Of a DNA stretch of 39,675 nucleotides, positions 7,377 through 17,973 are shown piece after piece. The notes beneath the pieces were generated by a model. The model worked only from the letters and a program-made list of their open reading frames with translations, made no database searches and was not told the DNA's origin. The stretch is from a virus. The stretch lies in the IMG/VR virus record IMGVR_UViG_3300034010_000197, one strand, 5' to 3'. The position numbers and the translations under genes are program-made. Each line of letters starts with the position of its first letter. Positions within the stretch are counted from its first letter, which is position 1.

Positions 7377-10010
7377 ATGGCAATTGTAAATTACATTCAG
7401 GCTAGCTTTGCTGCCGGAGTACTAACACCTAAACTAGCAGGACGTACTGATCTATCTAAATACAAGACAGGATTAGCATCATTACATAACTTTCTAGTAT
7501 CACCATATGGATGTGTGTTTAGAAGGCCTGGGACACGCTTTGTAGAGCCAACAATAAGTACCAGTAATATATCCCGCCTAGTAAGATTTGAATACTCTAA
7601 CGAGCAAGCTTATCAGATAGAATTTTCTGCAGGTAAGATCAGATTCTATAAAGACCAAGGTCAGATCTTAAGAAGTAGAGGTATAACTAACGGAACATTT
7701 ACTTCAGGTATTTCAGGATGGACATCCAATAATGCTGGTACGGGAACTATTTCATGGGATGCTGGTAACCAAAGATTAAGTTTAAATGGTGGTGGCGGTG
7801 CCAACTATGCTCGCGCCTATCAAGCAGTTGCTAATATAGGCTTGGGTACATTTACTATAACAATGGACGTAGTCACATCTACAATAACTTATAGAGTAGG
7901 AACTTCTGTAGGCGGATCGTCCTTAGCTACAGGAACCCTAACTGCTGGTACTGGAAAAACATTTAACTTCACTGTTACTGCAAACTCTACCGTATATATA
8001 GAATTTGAATGCGCTTCTACAGCAGGTATAGATAACATTGTTTTAAACACAGGTAATATCTACGAAATAGATATACCATATACCAATAGTGAAATAAACG
8101 ATTTAAGATTTGCACAATCTTTCGACACACTGTATATTACACATAGGTCTTACGTACCAAGACAACTTCAAAGACTTGGACATGATAACTGGGTACTATC
8201 AACTGTATTATTTATTGAGCCTCCTTATCTAGATGAAAATACATCAGATACGACAATAACACCAAGTGCTACGACTGGATCCGTAACTGTAACAGCCTCA
8301 TCTGCTATATTTGCTTCAACTGATGTTGGTAGGGCTATCCGATATAAATCCGGACCAGATAGATCTGATGTAACCAATTATACTGGAACTGGTACACAAA
8401 CCTACTTTGATATTCCCTTTTACCCACAAGGACCTAGCGATCTAGTAGTAAGTTTTATAGAAAGTTCAGGCGCTCGTACTGCCAAAACCTATACATCTGG
8501 AGCTCCGGGTGCTGGTCAATTTACTATAACTAATGGTCAGATTCGTACTGGCGATACGGCCTCATCATCACAACGTGTTGAGATATCTCCGGCATATGCT
8601 GGATCCGGAGAGTGGGGATGGATGAAAATAACCGCATATACATCATCTACACAAGTTACAGCCCTGGTACAAAAAGACTTAGCTGGTACTAATGCATCCA
8701 CAGAATGGAGGTTAGGTGCTTGGTCTGAGACTACAGGGTACCCACGAGTTGTAGTATTCCATGAACAAAGACTATACTTTGCTAATACAGAAAATCAACC
8801 ACAGACATTCTGGGGCTCGGCAATTGCTGACTACACTAATTTCCAACCAGATAATGTTTTGTATAAAGGTGCTATTGATAACGATACCTCAGTATCCTTT
8901 ACATTAGCCGCAAATAACTCACAGGCAATAAACTGGTTAGCTTCTAAGGGAGCATTAATAATAGGTACAAGTAACGCTGTATTCTCTGCTAAGGGAAGTA
9001 GTGGATCTATAACGGCATCTAACGTATCAGTTAAAAAAGAAGCCGATATACCGACAGCATTTACACAGGTCGCAGAAACTTATAATGAAATTATATTTGT
9101 TGAGAGCTTGGGGCAACGCGTCTACTCTGTATTTTACTCTTTCCAATTAGACGGTTATGACGTACAAGAACTAACACTACTATCAGATCATTTAGGTAAG
9201 ATAAGCCCAATATTAGAAATTACCTACCAACCTACCTCTAAGATATTGTGGGCTAGACGTGAGGACGGAACTCTATTGAGTTGTACCTATATCCGTAACC
9301 AAGAGGTTATTGGATGGGCTACTCACAGCATAGGGGGCACTGATTCTGATGTACAATCAATATCAGTTATCCCAGGAGCTACATATAGTGAGTTGTGGAT
9401 GGTTGTAAATAGATCTGGCATGCCATCTGGATTCAGTAGAACTATTGAGTTTATGACACAGGAGTTTGACAACGAAGAAAAAGAAGATGCTATATTCCTA
9501 GACTGCTCCTTAACTTATAACGGCACATCATCTACATCTATCAGTAACCTTGATCACGTAGCCTCTGCTGAAGTATCTGTCTTAGTAAATGGCTCTGTCC
9601 ATCCTAATGTAACAGTTAGCTCCGGTGGTGTGGCTACATTAAGTATTGGTGCAACTAAAGCTACATTCGGATTTGGATATGAGTCATATTTAGAAACTAT
9701 GAGTATAGAAGCTGGATCTAAAATAGGATCTGCACAGGGTAGTATAAGTAGAATATCAGAAGTTAGCATACGTTTCTTTGAAACTATAGGCGCTAAAGTA
9801 GGCTTCGATTCTAACTCAATAGACATCATACAGTTTAGAGAATCCAATGATTTAATGAATACATCTCCAGATCTATATAGTGGATTTAAAATAATTAAAT
9901 TTAACTCTGGATTTAACCCAGAATATAAGGTATACTTAAAGCAAGATCAGCCGTTACCAATTACGGTATTAAATATTGTATTTAAGGCCCAGATATCAGA
10001 TGCACAGTGA
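7377..10010 (+). CDS. Tail tubular protein B / nozzle, T7 gp12-like, with an inserted lectin-like domain
   Basis: 877 aa. N-terminus FAAGVLTPKLAGRTDLSKYKTGLASLHNFLVSPYGCVFRRPGTRFV resembles nozzle ('stabilisation protein') N-termini. Follows the gp11-like gene. Confidence 0.7.
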   Translation: MAIVNYIQASFAAGVLTPKLAGRTDLSKYKTGLASLHNFLVSPYGCVFRRPGTRFVEPTISTSNISRLVRFEYSNEQAYQIEFSAGKIRFYKDQGQILRSRGITNGTFTSGISGWTSNNAGTGTISWDAGNQRLSLNGGGGANYARAYQAVANIGLGTFTITMDVVTSTITYRVGTSVGGSSLATGTLTAGTGKTFNFTVTANSTVYIEFECASTAGIDNIVLNTGNIYEIDIPYTNSEINDLRFAQSFDTLYITHRSYVPRQLQRLGHDNWVLSTVLFIEPPYLDENTSDTTITPSATTGSVTVTASSAIFASTDVGRAIRYKSGPDRSDVTNYTGTGTQTYFDIPFYPQGPSDLVVSFIESSGARTAKTYTSGAPGAGQFTITNGQIRTGDTASSSQRVEISPAYAGSGEWGWMKITAYTSSTQVTALVQKDLAGTNASTEWRLGAWSETTGYPRVVVFHEQRLYFANTENQPQTFWGSAIADYTNFQPDNVLYKGAIDNDTSVSFTLAANNSQAINWLASKGALIIGTSNAVFSAKGSSGSITASNVSVKKEADIPTAFTQVAETYNEIIFVESLGQRVYSVFYSFQLDGYDVQELTLLSDHLGKISPILEITYQPTSKILWARREDGTLLSCTYIRNQEVIGWATHSIGGTDSDVQSISVIPGATYSELWMVVNRSGMPSGFSRTIEFMTQEFDNEEKEDAIFLDCSLTYNGTSSTSISNLDHVASAEVSVLVNGSVHPNVTVSSGGVATLSIGATKATFGFGYESYLETMSIEAGSKIGSAQGSISRISEVSIRFFETIGAKVGFDSNSIDIIQFRESNDLMNTSPDLYSGFKIIKFNSGFNPEYKVYLKQDQPLPITVLNIVFKAQISDAQ

Positions 10011-10461
10011 TTTAATTATACGACCATATAGAATAGAAGACGTATTTCAAATAAGAGTGCGTGACGAGCAGATAGAGTTTCATAGATCTCATAGGGGTTT
10101 AATGGATTATGCCATAAGTATAGCTAATGGTTATATGCCTATAACAGTTACAACTATTGATAATGAAATTGTTCTTATAGGCGGATTGATTCCGTTATAC
10201 CTAGATAACGCCGAGGGCTTCTTTTTACTTAGTGATACGTTTGAGCATCACTATTTGAAGAACGCACTACTATTGACTAAATCAATTAAAAAGTATATAA
10301 TTAGGTCTCCATTCAATAGGATACAGACTACGGTAAAGCAAGACTTTGCTAAGGCCGAAAAGTTTGTAAAACTACTCGGATTAGAGAAAGAGGGATGCCT
10401 AAGAAAAGGCGGTTGGGATAAAAAAGATTTGTATATTTACGGATGGGTAAGAAATGTTTGA
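10000..10461 (+). CDS. gp13-like virion-assembly protein with a GNAT-like fold signature
   Basis: ATG at 10000 overlaps the upstream stop. FNRIQTTVKQDFAKAEKFVKLLGLEKEGCLRK...DLYIYG looks like the C-terminal part of an acetyltransferase fold. It occupies the T7 gene 13 position. Confidence 0.5.
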   Translation: MHSDLIIRPYRIEDVFQIRVRDEQIEFHRSHRGLMDYAISIANGYMPITVTTIDNEIVLIGGLIPLYLDNAEGFFLLSDTFEHHYLKNALLLTKSIKKYIIRSPFNRIQTTVKQDFAKAEKFVKLLGLEKEGCLRKGGWDKKDLYIYGWVRNV

Positions 10462-11086
10462 CGTAAGTTTTTTTAGAGAGTATTCTGGATTTACTCCTAG
10501 TAGCAATAAATCCAATATGTATGACTTCCAGAGAAGTCAGATTACAAGCCAGGCCAATAATAGCTTCTTTGATATAATAGGTGGTATTGGGTCTAAACTA
10601 TCTAATGCGTGGGCCGCTAGGGATTACGCTGATCAAGTAGCGGAAGCTAAGGCTATATCGTATCAAAATGCACAGGTAGTAGCTGAGGCACAGAAAGAGT
10701 ACAATCTAAAAGCCGCAGAGTTTCAAAACGAACTGCGTCAACGTAACTCTAATATATTAATGAATAACGCGTACAACCTACGTAGCTTTGCTCTACAAGA
10801 GAAAGAGGATGGGTTTGCGTATGCAATGAGGGTTAGCGGTGATTATAAGGCTGAGTTTGCCTCATCTGGAGTACAGTTAAATACAGGATCAACCAGAGAT
10901 GTTGAAAATTTCTTAATTGATAGTGCTATGACTAAATCTGATAGGACATATAAAGATAGGTTAAATCAGATATCTGAAGTTGTCAATAAAGCTCAGTCAG
11001 AAGCTCTCGCAGGTACATATGAACTGTGGAGTGCTAAAGAACGTAATAGATTTATAGATGCTAACGCTCAAATGGTACAATACTAA
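10454..11086 (+). CDS. Internal virion protein (T7 gp14-like by position and size)
   Basis: 210 aa, coiled-coil-rich, translationally coupled on both sides, and first of three core-protein genes after the gp13-like gene. Confidence 0.5.
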   Translation: MFDVSFFREYSGFTPSSNKSNMYDFQRSQITSQANNSFFDIIGGIGSKLSNAWAARDYADQVAEAKAISYQNAQVVAEAQKEYNLKAAEFQNELRQRNSNILMNNAYNLRSFALQEKEDGFAYAMRVSGDYKAEFASSGVQLNTGSTRDVENFLIDSAMTKSDRTYKDRLNQISEVVNKAQSEALAGTYELWSAKERNRFIDANAQMVQY

Positions 11087-13146
11087 TGGCTAGAATTAAT
11101 TTACCTACACCAGAGTCAGCAATGACTCCTATACAACAAACAGCACCTTTTAATGCTAGTGAGATCAAATCATTCCAAAATCAAGTAGGATCTGAATATG
11201 ATCAATTAACTAGCCGTGCTTTATCAAGTGCAGCTAGTTTTAGAGACAGAGCTGAGGCGGCAGAGATGGCTGCCACAGAAGCAGAAAATAAAGCCAGCTT
11301 AATGAAGCTAATACCACAAGCCATGCAAGATATTGGTGATACCTTTGACAAGGCTACTGCTAAAATTGTTGCATTGGACCAACACCAATTTGAAGAAGAA
11401 GCTGCTAAAGCCGGAAGAGCATATGTACTAGAAGAAGGTATTGGGCTGCAAGAGCAGTATTTAAAATTCAGACAGCAAAACCCAGGTAACCCAGCAGCTA
11501 CACTTAAGTTTGTAAACGGTCAAATAAATGAGGCACTAAGCAGAGCCCCAACCGAGGACGCTAGATTAGACCTATTGTCTAAAGCCTCACGTATTAAATA
11601 TTCTGCACTAAGTAATGCCTTCTCAGAGAAAAGAGTTAGGGGTAAGCAAGAAAGACAGTCTCAAGTATCTAAGGCCTATAACTCTATCTTGGAGCAGGTT
11701 AAAGTAAACCCATATGATGTACAAACATCAGCAGTACAACTAAACGATATTAATAAGACCTTAAGTAATGAGGGCTTACCAGCAGATCACGTAGACTACT
11801 TAAATAAATCCATGAAATCTGGTGTGTTGAAAACACAGATCCAAACTTTCTTACAGAATGGACAAGTAAATAATGCTGCTGACGCATTAAGAGATAAGGG
11901 GTATAAGGCTACAATTGAAGCTAATGAGTACAAAGGATTAGTAGATGTAACTGCACAGGCATTTATTGAATCTAAATTAGCTACTTACAAGAAATCTGAT
12001 TTACGAACCGGAATAGCTGTATTAAGGGCTGGTGCAATCACACCAGATATGCCTAAAGCTAAGCAGTATGCTGACGCAGATTTCCTACTAAATGCTGAAA
12101 CAATGATGCCTAAACCATCAGAAATAACGTCAGATAATTATGCCCGAATTTCTGACAGCCTAAATAGCTACTGGGCCGGTCAAAAGGTCGTTGGAAGCGA
12201 TCAAATTGCCTACATAAATAACCGACTTGTTTACAGCGGAAACCCATACGAAGCTGCTGGATATGCACAGGCTATTGATAAACTATTTAATGATCCTAAT
12301 CTTAAGAATATAGAAGTAGCAAGCCAGTATGGTGATTCTAATAAGAGCACTGTAGGCATGGCATTAGACATATCTAGACAGCTTAAGTTAGGTGTACCTG
12401 CTGCTGACGCTGTACAAAACGTACGTAACCACTATGCATCACTAAATAATAAAGAAGAATCTCAGTGGAACAAGGAATTGGATAGAGCTACAAAAGAAAT
12501 TAAGTTTGATAACCTAGTAGAATCTGCAATTGATAAGTGGAATGTATACTACAATCCTAATAATCAGCCATATGCAGCTAAGGAGGCTGAGAATTTATTT
12601 AGAGCTGCTTATATGAAGACTGGGAATGTTGATACAGCTAAAGAAATGACTAAGGTTGCACTAGAAAGAGATTACTCTATTACAGAAGTAAATGGTGTAA
12701 AAGAGATCATGAAGAACGCGCCAGACAAAGTATTACCTGGACAAACCAAACGTATAGTCGAAGGGTTCCACTCAGAGATGGGTAAATACTTCACTGAGGC
12801 CGGACTAAAATACGACAATAATTATAATGTTGTAGGTCCGGATAATAAGCCTGTAAGAATACGTATGCAGCCAATGTATAATGGAATTGATACCAAACCA
12901 GGTACAAAGACATTCTTAGTTACTGACGAAGGCGGTAGACTTATAGTAAGACCTGACGGTAATTTTCTCACATACAACGTAGGATATGACCCAGATGCAT
13001 TCATAAAGGAAAAAGAAAACCTTATGCAAAATCTTGGGTTTGAAAAAGATATGACCGAGGAACGCTTGAGGGAGTCAGCTAAAAATGATATAATGAACTA
13101 CATATTAGGGGAAGACTTCTCGAAACCAAGCACAGAAGGTAAGTAA
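11086..13146 (+). CDS. Internal virion protein (T7 gp15-like by position and size)
   Basis: 686 aa, mostly helical composition, with ATGA-type coupling to its neighbours. Confidence 0.5.
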   Translation: MARINLPTPESAMTPIQQTAPFNASEIKSFQNQVGSEYDQLTSRALSSAASFRDRAEAAEMAATEAENKASLMKLIPQAMQDIGDTFDKATAKIVALDQHQFEEEAAKAGRAYVLEEGIGLQEQYLKFRQQNPGNPAATLKFVNGQINEALSRAPTEDARLDLLSKASRIKYSALSNAFSEKRVRGKQERQSQVSKAYNSILEQVKVNPYDVQTSAVQLNDINKTLSNEGLPADHVDYLNKSMKSGVLKTQIQTFLQNGQVNNAADALRDKGYKATIEANEYKGLVDVTAQAFIESKLATYKKSDLRTGIAVLRAGAITPDMPKAKQYADADFLLNAETMMPKPSEITSDNYARISDSLNSYWAGQKVVGSDQIAYINNRLVYSGNPYEAAGYAQAIDKLFNDPNLKNIEVASQYGDSNKSTVGMALDISRQLKLGVPAADAVQNVRNHYASLNNKEESQWNKELDRATKEIKFDNLVESAIDKWNVYYNPNNQPYAAKEAENLFRAAYMKTGNVDTAKEMTKVALERDYSITEVNGVKEIMKNAPDKVLPGQTKRIVEGFHSEMGKYFTEAGLKYDNNYNVVGPDNKPVRIRMQPMYNGIDTKPGTKTFLVTDEGGRLIVRPDGNFLTYNVGYDPDAFIKEKENLMQNLGFEKDMTEERLRESAKNDIMNYILGEDFSKPSTEGK

Positions 13147-16100
13147 TGTCAGTAATTGATAGTGTTACAAATTTTTTTACTACAGATTACGAAAGGGCTT
13201 TAAATAATTCTGTCAGTACTACGGCTGGAAGCGTATCATATGAACAGATGTTACAATCTATGGTACCTCCTACAATGCCTACTACCACAGAGAATCTAGA
13301 GCAAGGTAAGTGGGATACATTCACATCTAGAGCTGCACGTCAGGTAAACACTGACATTGGTGGATTGATGAATTTTGCATACGAGTACTTTGCAAAAGAA
13401 CCTAATTACAACGTATTTAAAGATCCAGAATTTACCTCACAAAGCCCAGAATTCCAAGTTAAATATGCAAGGAATCTAATGGACTCACCTAATGCACAGT
13501 ACACTCGTGGATCTATACAGAAGGCTAAAGAAACTGAAGAGCTAATGGCTAAAACCTCTGAGAATTTCTATACAGGGATAGCTGGGGATATGGTAGGTTC
13601 GTTATTTAATGTAAGTAACTTACTAGGGTTCAGAGCTACATTGGCTAATGTACCACGTATAGTAAATGCTGCTAGAGTATCTGGGGTTGCTACGGGTGCT
13701 GTTGCAATACAGGAGTTAGGCCGTCAGCAAGAAGATATTACAGTATCTGATCAAGAAGTAGCTATGAATGTCGGATCTACTATGGCATTGGGTGCATTTC
13801 TTGGATATTTAGGCTCACCGTCTATGAGTCCAAAGTTTACTCAAAATGCTAAAACTATTTTAAATCCAAACGCCCCTCTTAAAGCTGAGACTTTAGAGGA
13901 TGTACTTGCGGCTGGTGGTAATGCTGGAGCTGCGCGAGTAGCTACTGAAGAGGGCTATAACTTAGCTATGACAAACTCAGTATTTAAAAAACTAGCTGAG
14001 GTATCTGATATAACTGGTGCCGAACTACGTGGACTCCAGTCTCCATCAAAACAGATGAACTATTATACAAACCTATTTACTAGTCATAACTATCTAATTG
14101 AGCGTAACCTAAAGGGTGAGGCGTCTCCTATAAGCTTAGTTAATATGATTGATAGTGAGTTCAAACTTAAATTTAATCCATTAAGAACAAATCTAGATAC
14201 TGCATACGCCGGATTTAAAAAGGAAGGTGGTAAACTAAACCAAGACGAGTTTTTGAATGAGGCATTCGAAGTAATGGCTGGAGTTAAACAGACATCATCT
14301 AGAGAAGTATCTGATGCCGCACGTAATATGCGTAACTACTTCGACACTTTTGCACAAAGAATATCTAGTGTAGATCCAACATTTAAGCCAAGACAGAACT
14401 ACATACCAGGTATATTTGATAGAAGATCTGTAATAAAAAACCAAGCAGAATTGCGTAAAGATATAACTAACGAATTACTTGAGGTGTTACGTAGGGAAAA
14501 TGCTACAGTTAGCACATCTAAGATAGGCAAGGGAGTTAAGGCAGATAAATCCATAAATAAAGAACTAATACCAGCGGATATAGAAGACCCTGTATTTGCG
14601 GAAGCAGTTAACGCCATTTATCAAAAGATAGCACTAGATTCAGCAGGAAACACGTTTTCTCCAGCTCCTAAATCATGGACTGCCAAAAACTTAAAATCTC
14701 GTTATTTAAACTTTAGCAACGAATTCTATAATAAATATAGAAGTAAGGATGTAATGCACATCTTTAATAATTATGGTAGGCAAGCATCTAGGGATATAAA
14801 CTTTCAGAAATATCTCGGCGTGAAAGATCCTTATAAAATCATAGATAATGTGAAAGACGATTATTCAAAGTTATTACAAGATGTTGAAAAACGTACAGAT
14901 ATATCAAATAGAAATGAATTAATAGAAAGTCTGCAAAAAAACTTAGAAAGAGATATTCTAGATGCAGATAGGCTAATAAGCTTAAGTACTGGTAAATTTA
15001 ACCAAGGTGCATCTGAGTTTACTAGAGACACAACCGCAGTCTTAAAAGCCCTAGTATATATGAGGACTATGGGTAAAGTTATATTCTCAATGGTACCTGA
15101 CTTAGTACGTGTAGCTACATCTAAACTAACTTCTGTAGGACTTGGTGATGATATACTACAAACATCTACTAAAGTAGCCGATGTATTTAAAGCCATCCCA
15201 GATAGGGATGTAGGTAGATTATTCGGTGTAGTCTCTGATAGGATTACCGGTGTCGCTAGATCATCTTTATTCTCAGAAGTAATTGATCTAAACGTACCTA
15301 CTAAAATAGAGCAGGGTACTAAATTTGCATCTAGTGTATTCTCTAGATTAAACCTAATGGATCCACTAAACAATATAACGCGTACTGCAATAGCTGAGGA
15401 CGTAAGTAGAAAGGTTCTTAAGTACTCAAGGGATTTGATCGATGGTAAGTTAGTTAAAGGATCTTCGGAATATTTGGAATTATCAAAACTTGGTATAGAC
15501 AGCAAGCTTGCTAAAAAAATTATAAATAGCTTTGACACACATCAAGAAGTTACTGAGTTTGGTGGTAAGAAAGTATTAACCACAGGTATTGATAGCTGGG
15601 ATCCAAACGTATCGGCACCATTTATAGCTGCTGTACAAAGAGCTGTAGATAACACAATCATTGTACCTACTCCAGGAGCTAAACCATTCTGGACGCAAAC
15701 TCCTTGGGGAAGTGTGATATCTCAGTTAAAAGGATTCAGCTTCATCTCTTTAAACAAATATCTATTACCTGCCATGCAGAACATGGCTGGGGTTAATCCT
15801 AAAGAGTCTATGAAGGCAATGAGTGTTATACTAGCTGACTTACTAGTAGCCTCGCAGGTAGCCATGCTACAAGATTGGAGTGGCGGTAGGGAAGTTAACT
15901 ATACACCAGAGGCTTTATTAGCCAGTGCCTTGACAAAGAACTCCACATTTGCTATACTAGGGTTTGGATTTGATGCAGCTGGTATGGCCGGATTACACCC
16001 CGATCAAGTACTTGCAGATAAGCCTTCCTATTATCACAATGGGTCGGATTATGTTAAAGGAATGGCGGGAATGTTACTTGGACCATCAGCTAGATATTCG

Positions 16101-16265
16101 TTAGATATCGTAAATAATATATATGATTCTAATACTAATGGATATTCAGATTCAGAGTATAGGAAAAGTCTTCAGTTATTACCGGGTCAAAACTTAATAT
16201 ACTGGGGCTGGTTAATAAACCAAATAGGAAGACAACCAAATAATAACCAAGGTAAACCACAATGA
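13146..16265 (+). CDS. Large internal virion / DNA-ejection protein (T7 gp16-like by position)
   Basis: 1039 aa and the largest ORF. It has a hydrophobic Gly/Ala segment (VSGVATGAVAI...MALGAFLGYLG). I recognised no transglycosylase motif. Confidence 0.5.
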   Translation: MSVIDSVTNFFTTDYERALNNSVSTTAGSVSYEQMLQSMVPPTMPTTTENLEQGKWDTFTSRAARQVNTDIGGLMNFAYEYFAKEPNYNVFKDPEFTSQSPEFQVKYARNLMDSPNAQYTRGSIQKAKETEELMAKTSENFYTGIAGDMVGSLFNVSNLLGFRATLANVPRIVNAARVSGVATGAVAIQELGRQQEDITVSDQEVAMNVGSTMALGAFLGYLGSPSMSPKFTQNAKTILNPNAPLKAETLEDVLAAGGNAGAARVATEEGYNLAMTNSVFKKLAEVSDITGAELRGLQSPSKQMNYYTNLFTSHNYLIERNLKGEASPISLVNMIDSEFKLKFNPLRTNLDTAYAGFKKEGGKLNQDEFLNEAFEVMAGVKQTSSREVSDAARNMRNYFDTFAQRISSVDPTFKPRQNYIPGIFDRRSVIKNQAELRKDITNELLEVLRRENATVSTSKIGKGVKADKSINKELIPADIEDPVFAEAVNAIYQKIALDSAGNTFSPAPKSWTAKNLKSRYLNFSNEFYNKYRSKDVMHIFNNYGRQASRDINFQKYLGVKDPYKIIDNVKDDYSKLLQDVEKRTDISNRNELIESLQKNLERDILDADRLISLSTGKFNQGASEFTRDTTAVLKALVYMRTMGKVIFSMVPDLVRVATSKLTSVGLGDDILQTSTKVADVFKAIPDRDVGRLFGVVSDRITGVARSSLFSEVIDLNVPTKIEQGTKFASSVFSRLNLMDPLNNITRTAIAEDVSRKVLKYSRDLIDGKLVKGSSEYLELSKLGIDSKLAKKIINSFDTHQEVTEFGGKKVLTTGIDSWDPNVSAPFIAAVQRAVDNTIIVPTPGAKPFWTQTPWGSVISQLKGFSFISLNKYLLPAMQNMAGVNPKESMKAMSVILADLLVASQVAMLQDWSGGREVNYTPEALLASALTKNSTFAILGFGFDAAGMAGLHPDQVLADKPSYYHNGSDYVKGMAGMLLGPSARYSLDIVNNIYDSNTNGYSDSEYRKSLQLLPGQNLIYWGWLINQIGRQPNNNQGKPQ

Positions 16266-17677
16266 CAGTATCTTCAGTAGTCACACCTTTAAAACAGTAT
16301 AATGGTAATGGAGTAACAACCTCCTTTGCTACCACTTTCGTATTTACAGCAGCTACTGATTTAGTAGTAATCCTTACTGATACAAGTGATGTTGACACAA
16401 CACAAATATTAAACTCAGACTACACAGTAACCGGCGGATCTGGATCTGTTGGAACAGTTATAATGTCAGTGGCACCAGGAAGCGGTGAAACATTAACAAT
16501 ACAGCGTAGGACAGCTCGTACACAATCAGTGGACTATATTGAGAATGACTCATTCCCAGCAGAATCTCACGAGGGTGCATTAGATAAACTAACTTTAATA
16601 ACCCAGGAGTTAGAAGAATCAATAGGAAGGTCGTTAGTCTTACCTAGTACCTCAGGTATATCAGGATTAGTATTTCCTACTCCAGCATCTGACGAGTTCA
16701 TAAAATGGAATAACGCAGCTACTAACTTAGAATCAGTTTCATTGGCCTCAATAGATGCAATTGTGTTCTCGGGAAATGGAATGCTAGCCTACACAGGAAC
16801 TACCGCCTTAACTTCACGCACAATAACTGGAACATCTAACGAAATAACTGTTACTAATGGTGACGGCGTTAGCGGAAACCCTACAATATCACTACCATCA
16901 GCACTAACCTTTACTGGTAAAACAGTAACAAACGGTACGTTCTCTAACCCAACAATTAGTATGCATGATAATGATCTAACAATAAAAGATCAAACCGATA
17001 CTACTAAGAGATTTAAATTCGAAGCTTCTGGGATAACCACAGCTACAACACGTACGTTAACTGTACCAGATAGTGATGGTACCATAGCATTAACATCTCC
17101 TTCCTATGTAACATTAGGTACAGATGGAGTCTTACCAAACGAACGAGTACTTACAGCTGGATCAGGTATATCAATTACTGATGGCGGTGCTGGTAGCACT
17201 ATTACAATAAACCAAGCTGCAGGAGCCGTACTACAAGTAGTATCTACACAAGTTACTGCAACAACAACCTCTACATCTACTACGTTTGCAGATATATCTG
17301 GTTTAACTGTTAGCATAACCCCATCTAGTTCCTCTAATAAAATACTAGTACTTATTGACTTATCAATTTCAACTGACTCAGCAAACAATGCTAGTATAAG
17401 AATAGATCGTGGTGGAAGTGCAGTAGGTTCTGGTGTGGCAGTAGGCTCTAGGTTTGCCGTAGGTAGACAATCCTATGTGAATGACTCTATTACGATGCAA
17501 AATCTAACGATGCTGTTCTTAGATTCGCCCGCAACAACCTCATCCACAACTTATAAAGTACAATGGATATGTAATACCGCTGGTACAAACTATTTAAACA
17601 GATCTAGGACAGATACAGACGCATCAAACTTTGCACGTGGATCAAGCTCTATAACAGTAATGGAAATAAAAGGTTAG
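16262..17677 (+). CDS. Tail fibre protein
   Basis: 471 aa. Common fibre N-terminal anchor pattern (YNGNGVTTSFATTF...DYTVTGG...LTIQRRTARTQSVDY...HEGALDKLTLITQELEE). TRTLTVPDSDGTIAL-type repeats and a beta-rich C-terminal domain. Confidence 0.75.
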   Translation: MTVSSVVTPLKQYNGNGVTTSFATTFVFTAATDLVVILTDTSDVDTTQILNSDYTVTGGSGSVGTVIMSVAPGSGETLTIQRRTARTQSVDYIENDSFPAESHEGALDKLTLITQELEESIGRSLVLPSTSGISGLVFPTPASDEFIKWNNAATNLESVSLASIDAIVFSGNGMLAYTGTTALTSRTITGTSNEITVTNGDGVSGNPTISLPSALTFTGKTVTNGTFSNPTISMHDNDLTIKDQTDTTKRFKFEASGITTATTRTLTVPDSDGTIALTSPSYVTLGTDGVLPNERVLTAGSGISITDGGAGSTITINQAAGAVLQVVSTQVTATTTSTSTTFADISGLTVSITPSSSSNKILVLIDLSISTDSANNASIRIDRGGSAVGSGVAVGSRFAVGRQSYVNDSITMQNLTMLFLDSPATTSSTTYKVQWICNTAGTNYLNRSRTDTDASNFARGSSSITVMEIKG

Positions 17678-17679
17678 TT

Positions 17680-17973
17680 ATGAATATACAAGATGCATTA
17701 TACTTTTATAACAAAGATTTGAAAGCAGAGTACACGGTAGGTGAAGATTATGAATCACTTATTTGGCACAGTGTTAGCATACCTAAACCATCATATGAAG
17801 AATTATTGAATGCCTATATTGCATTTTTAGAATATAAAAATAGCACAAGGTATAAAGAATTAAGAAAAGCAGCTTATCCATCAATTGAAGACCAACTTGA
17901 TTTAATATTTCATGGTGGTTTAGAAGCATGGCGAGAAGTTATACAAGACGTAAAAAATAGGTATCCAAAATGA
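17680..17973 (+). CDS. Hypothetical protein (possible fibre assembly factor)
   Basis: 97 aa between fibre genes. The C-terminal motif AAYPSIEDQLDLIFHGG...YPK resembles motifs seen in phage fibre-associated small proteins. This is a weak call. Confidence 0.35.
   Translation: MNIQDALYFYNKDLKAEYTVGEDYESLIWHSVSIPKPSYEELLNAYIAFLEYKNSTRYKELRKAAYPSIEDQLDLIFHGGLEAWREVIQDVKNRYPK

Noticed and set aside
14861-15538. 225-aa ORF on the minus strand
   Set aside because: It is antisense inside the 1039-aa internal virion protein gene. It has no SD or coupling and would interrupt a unidirectional 22-kb operon.
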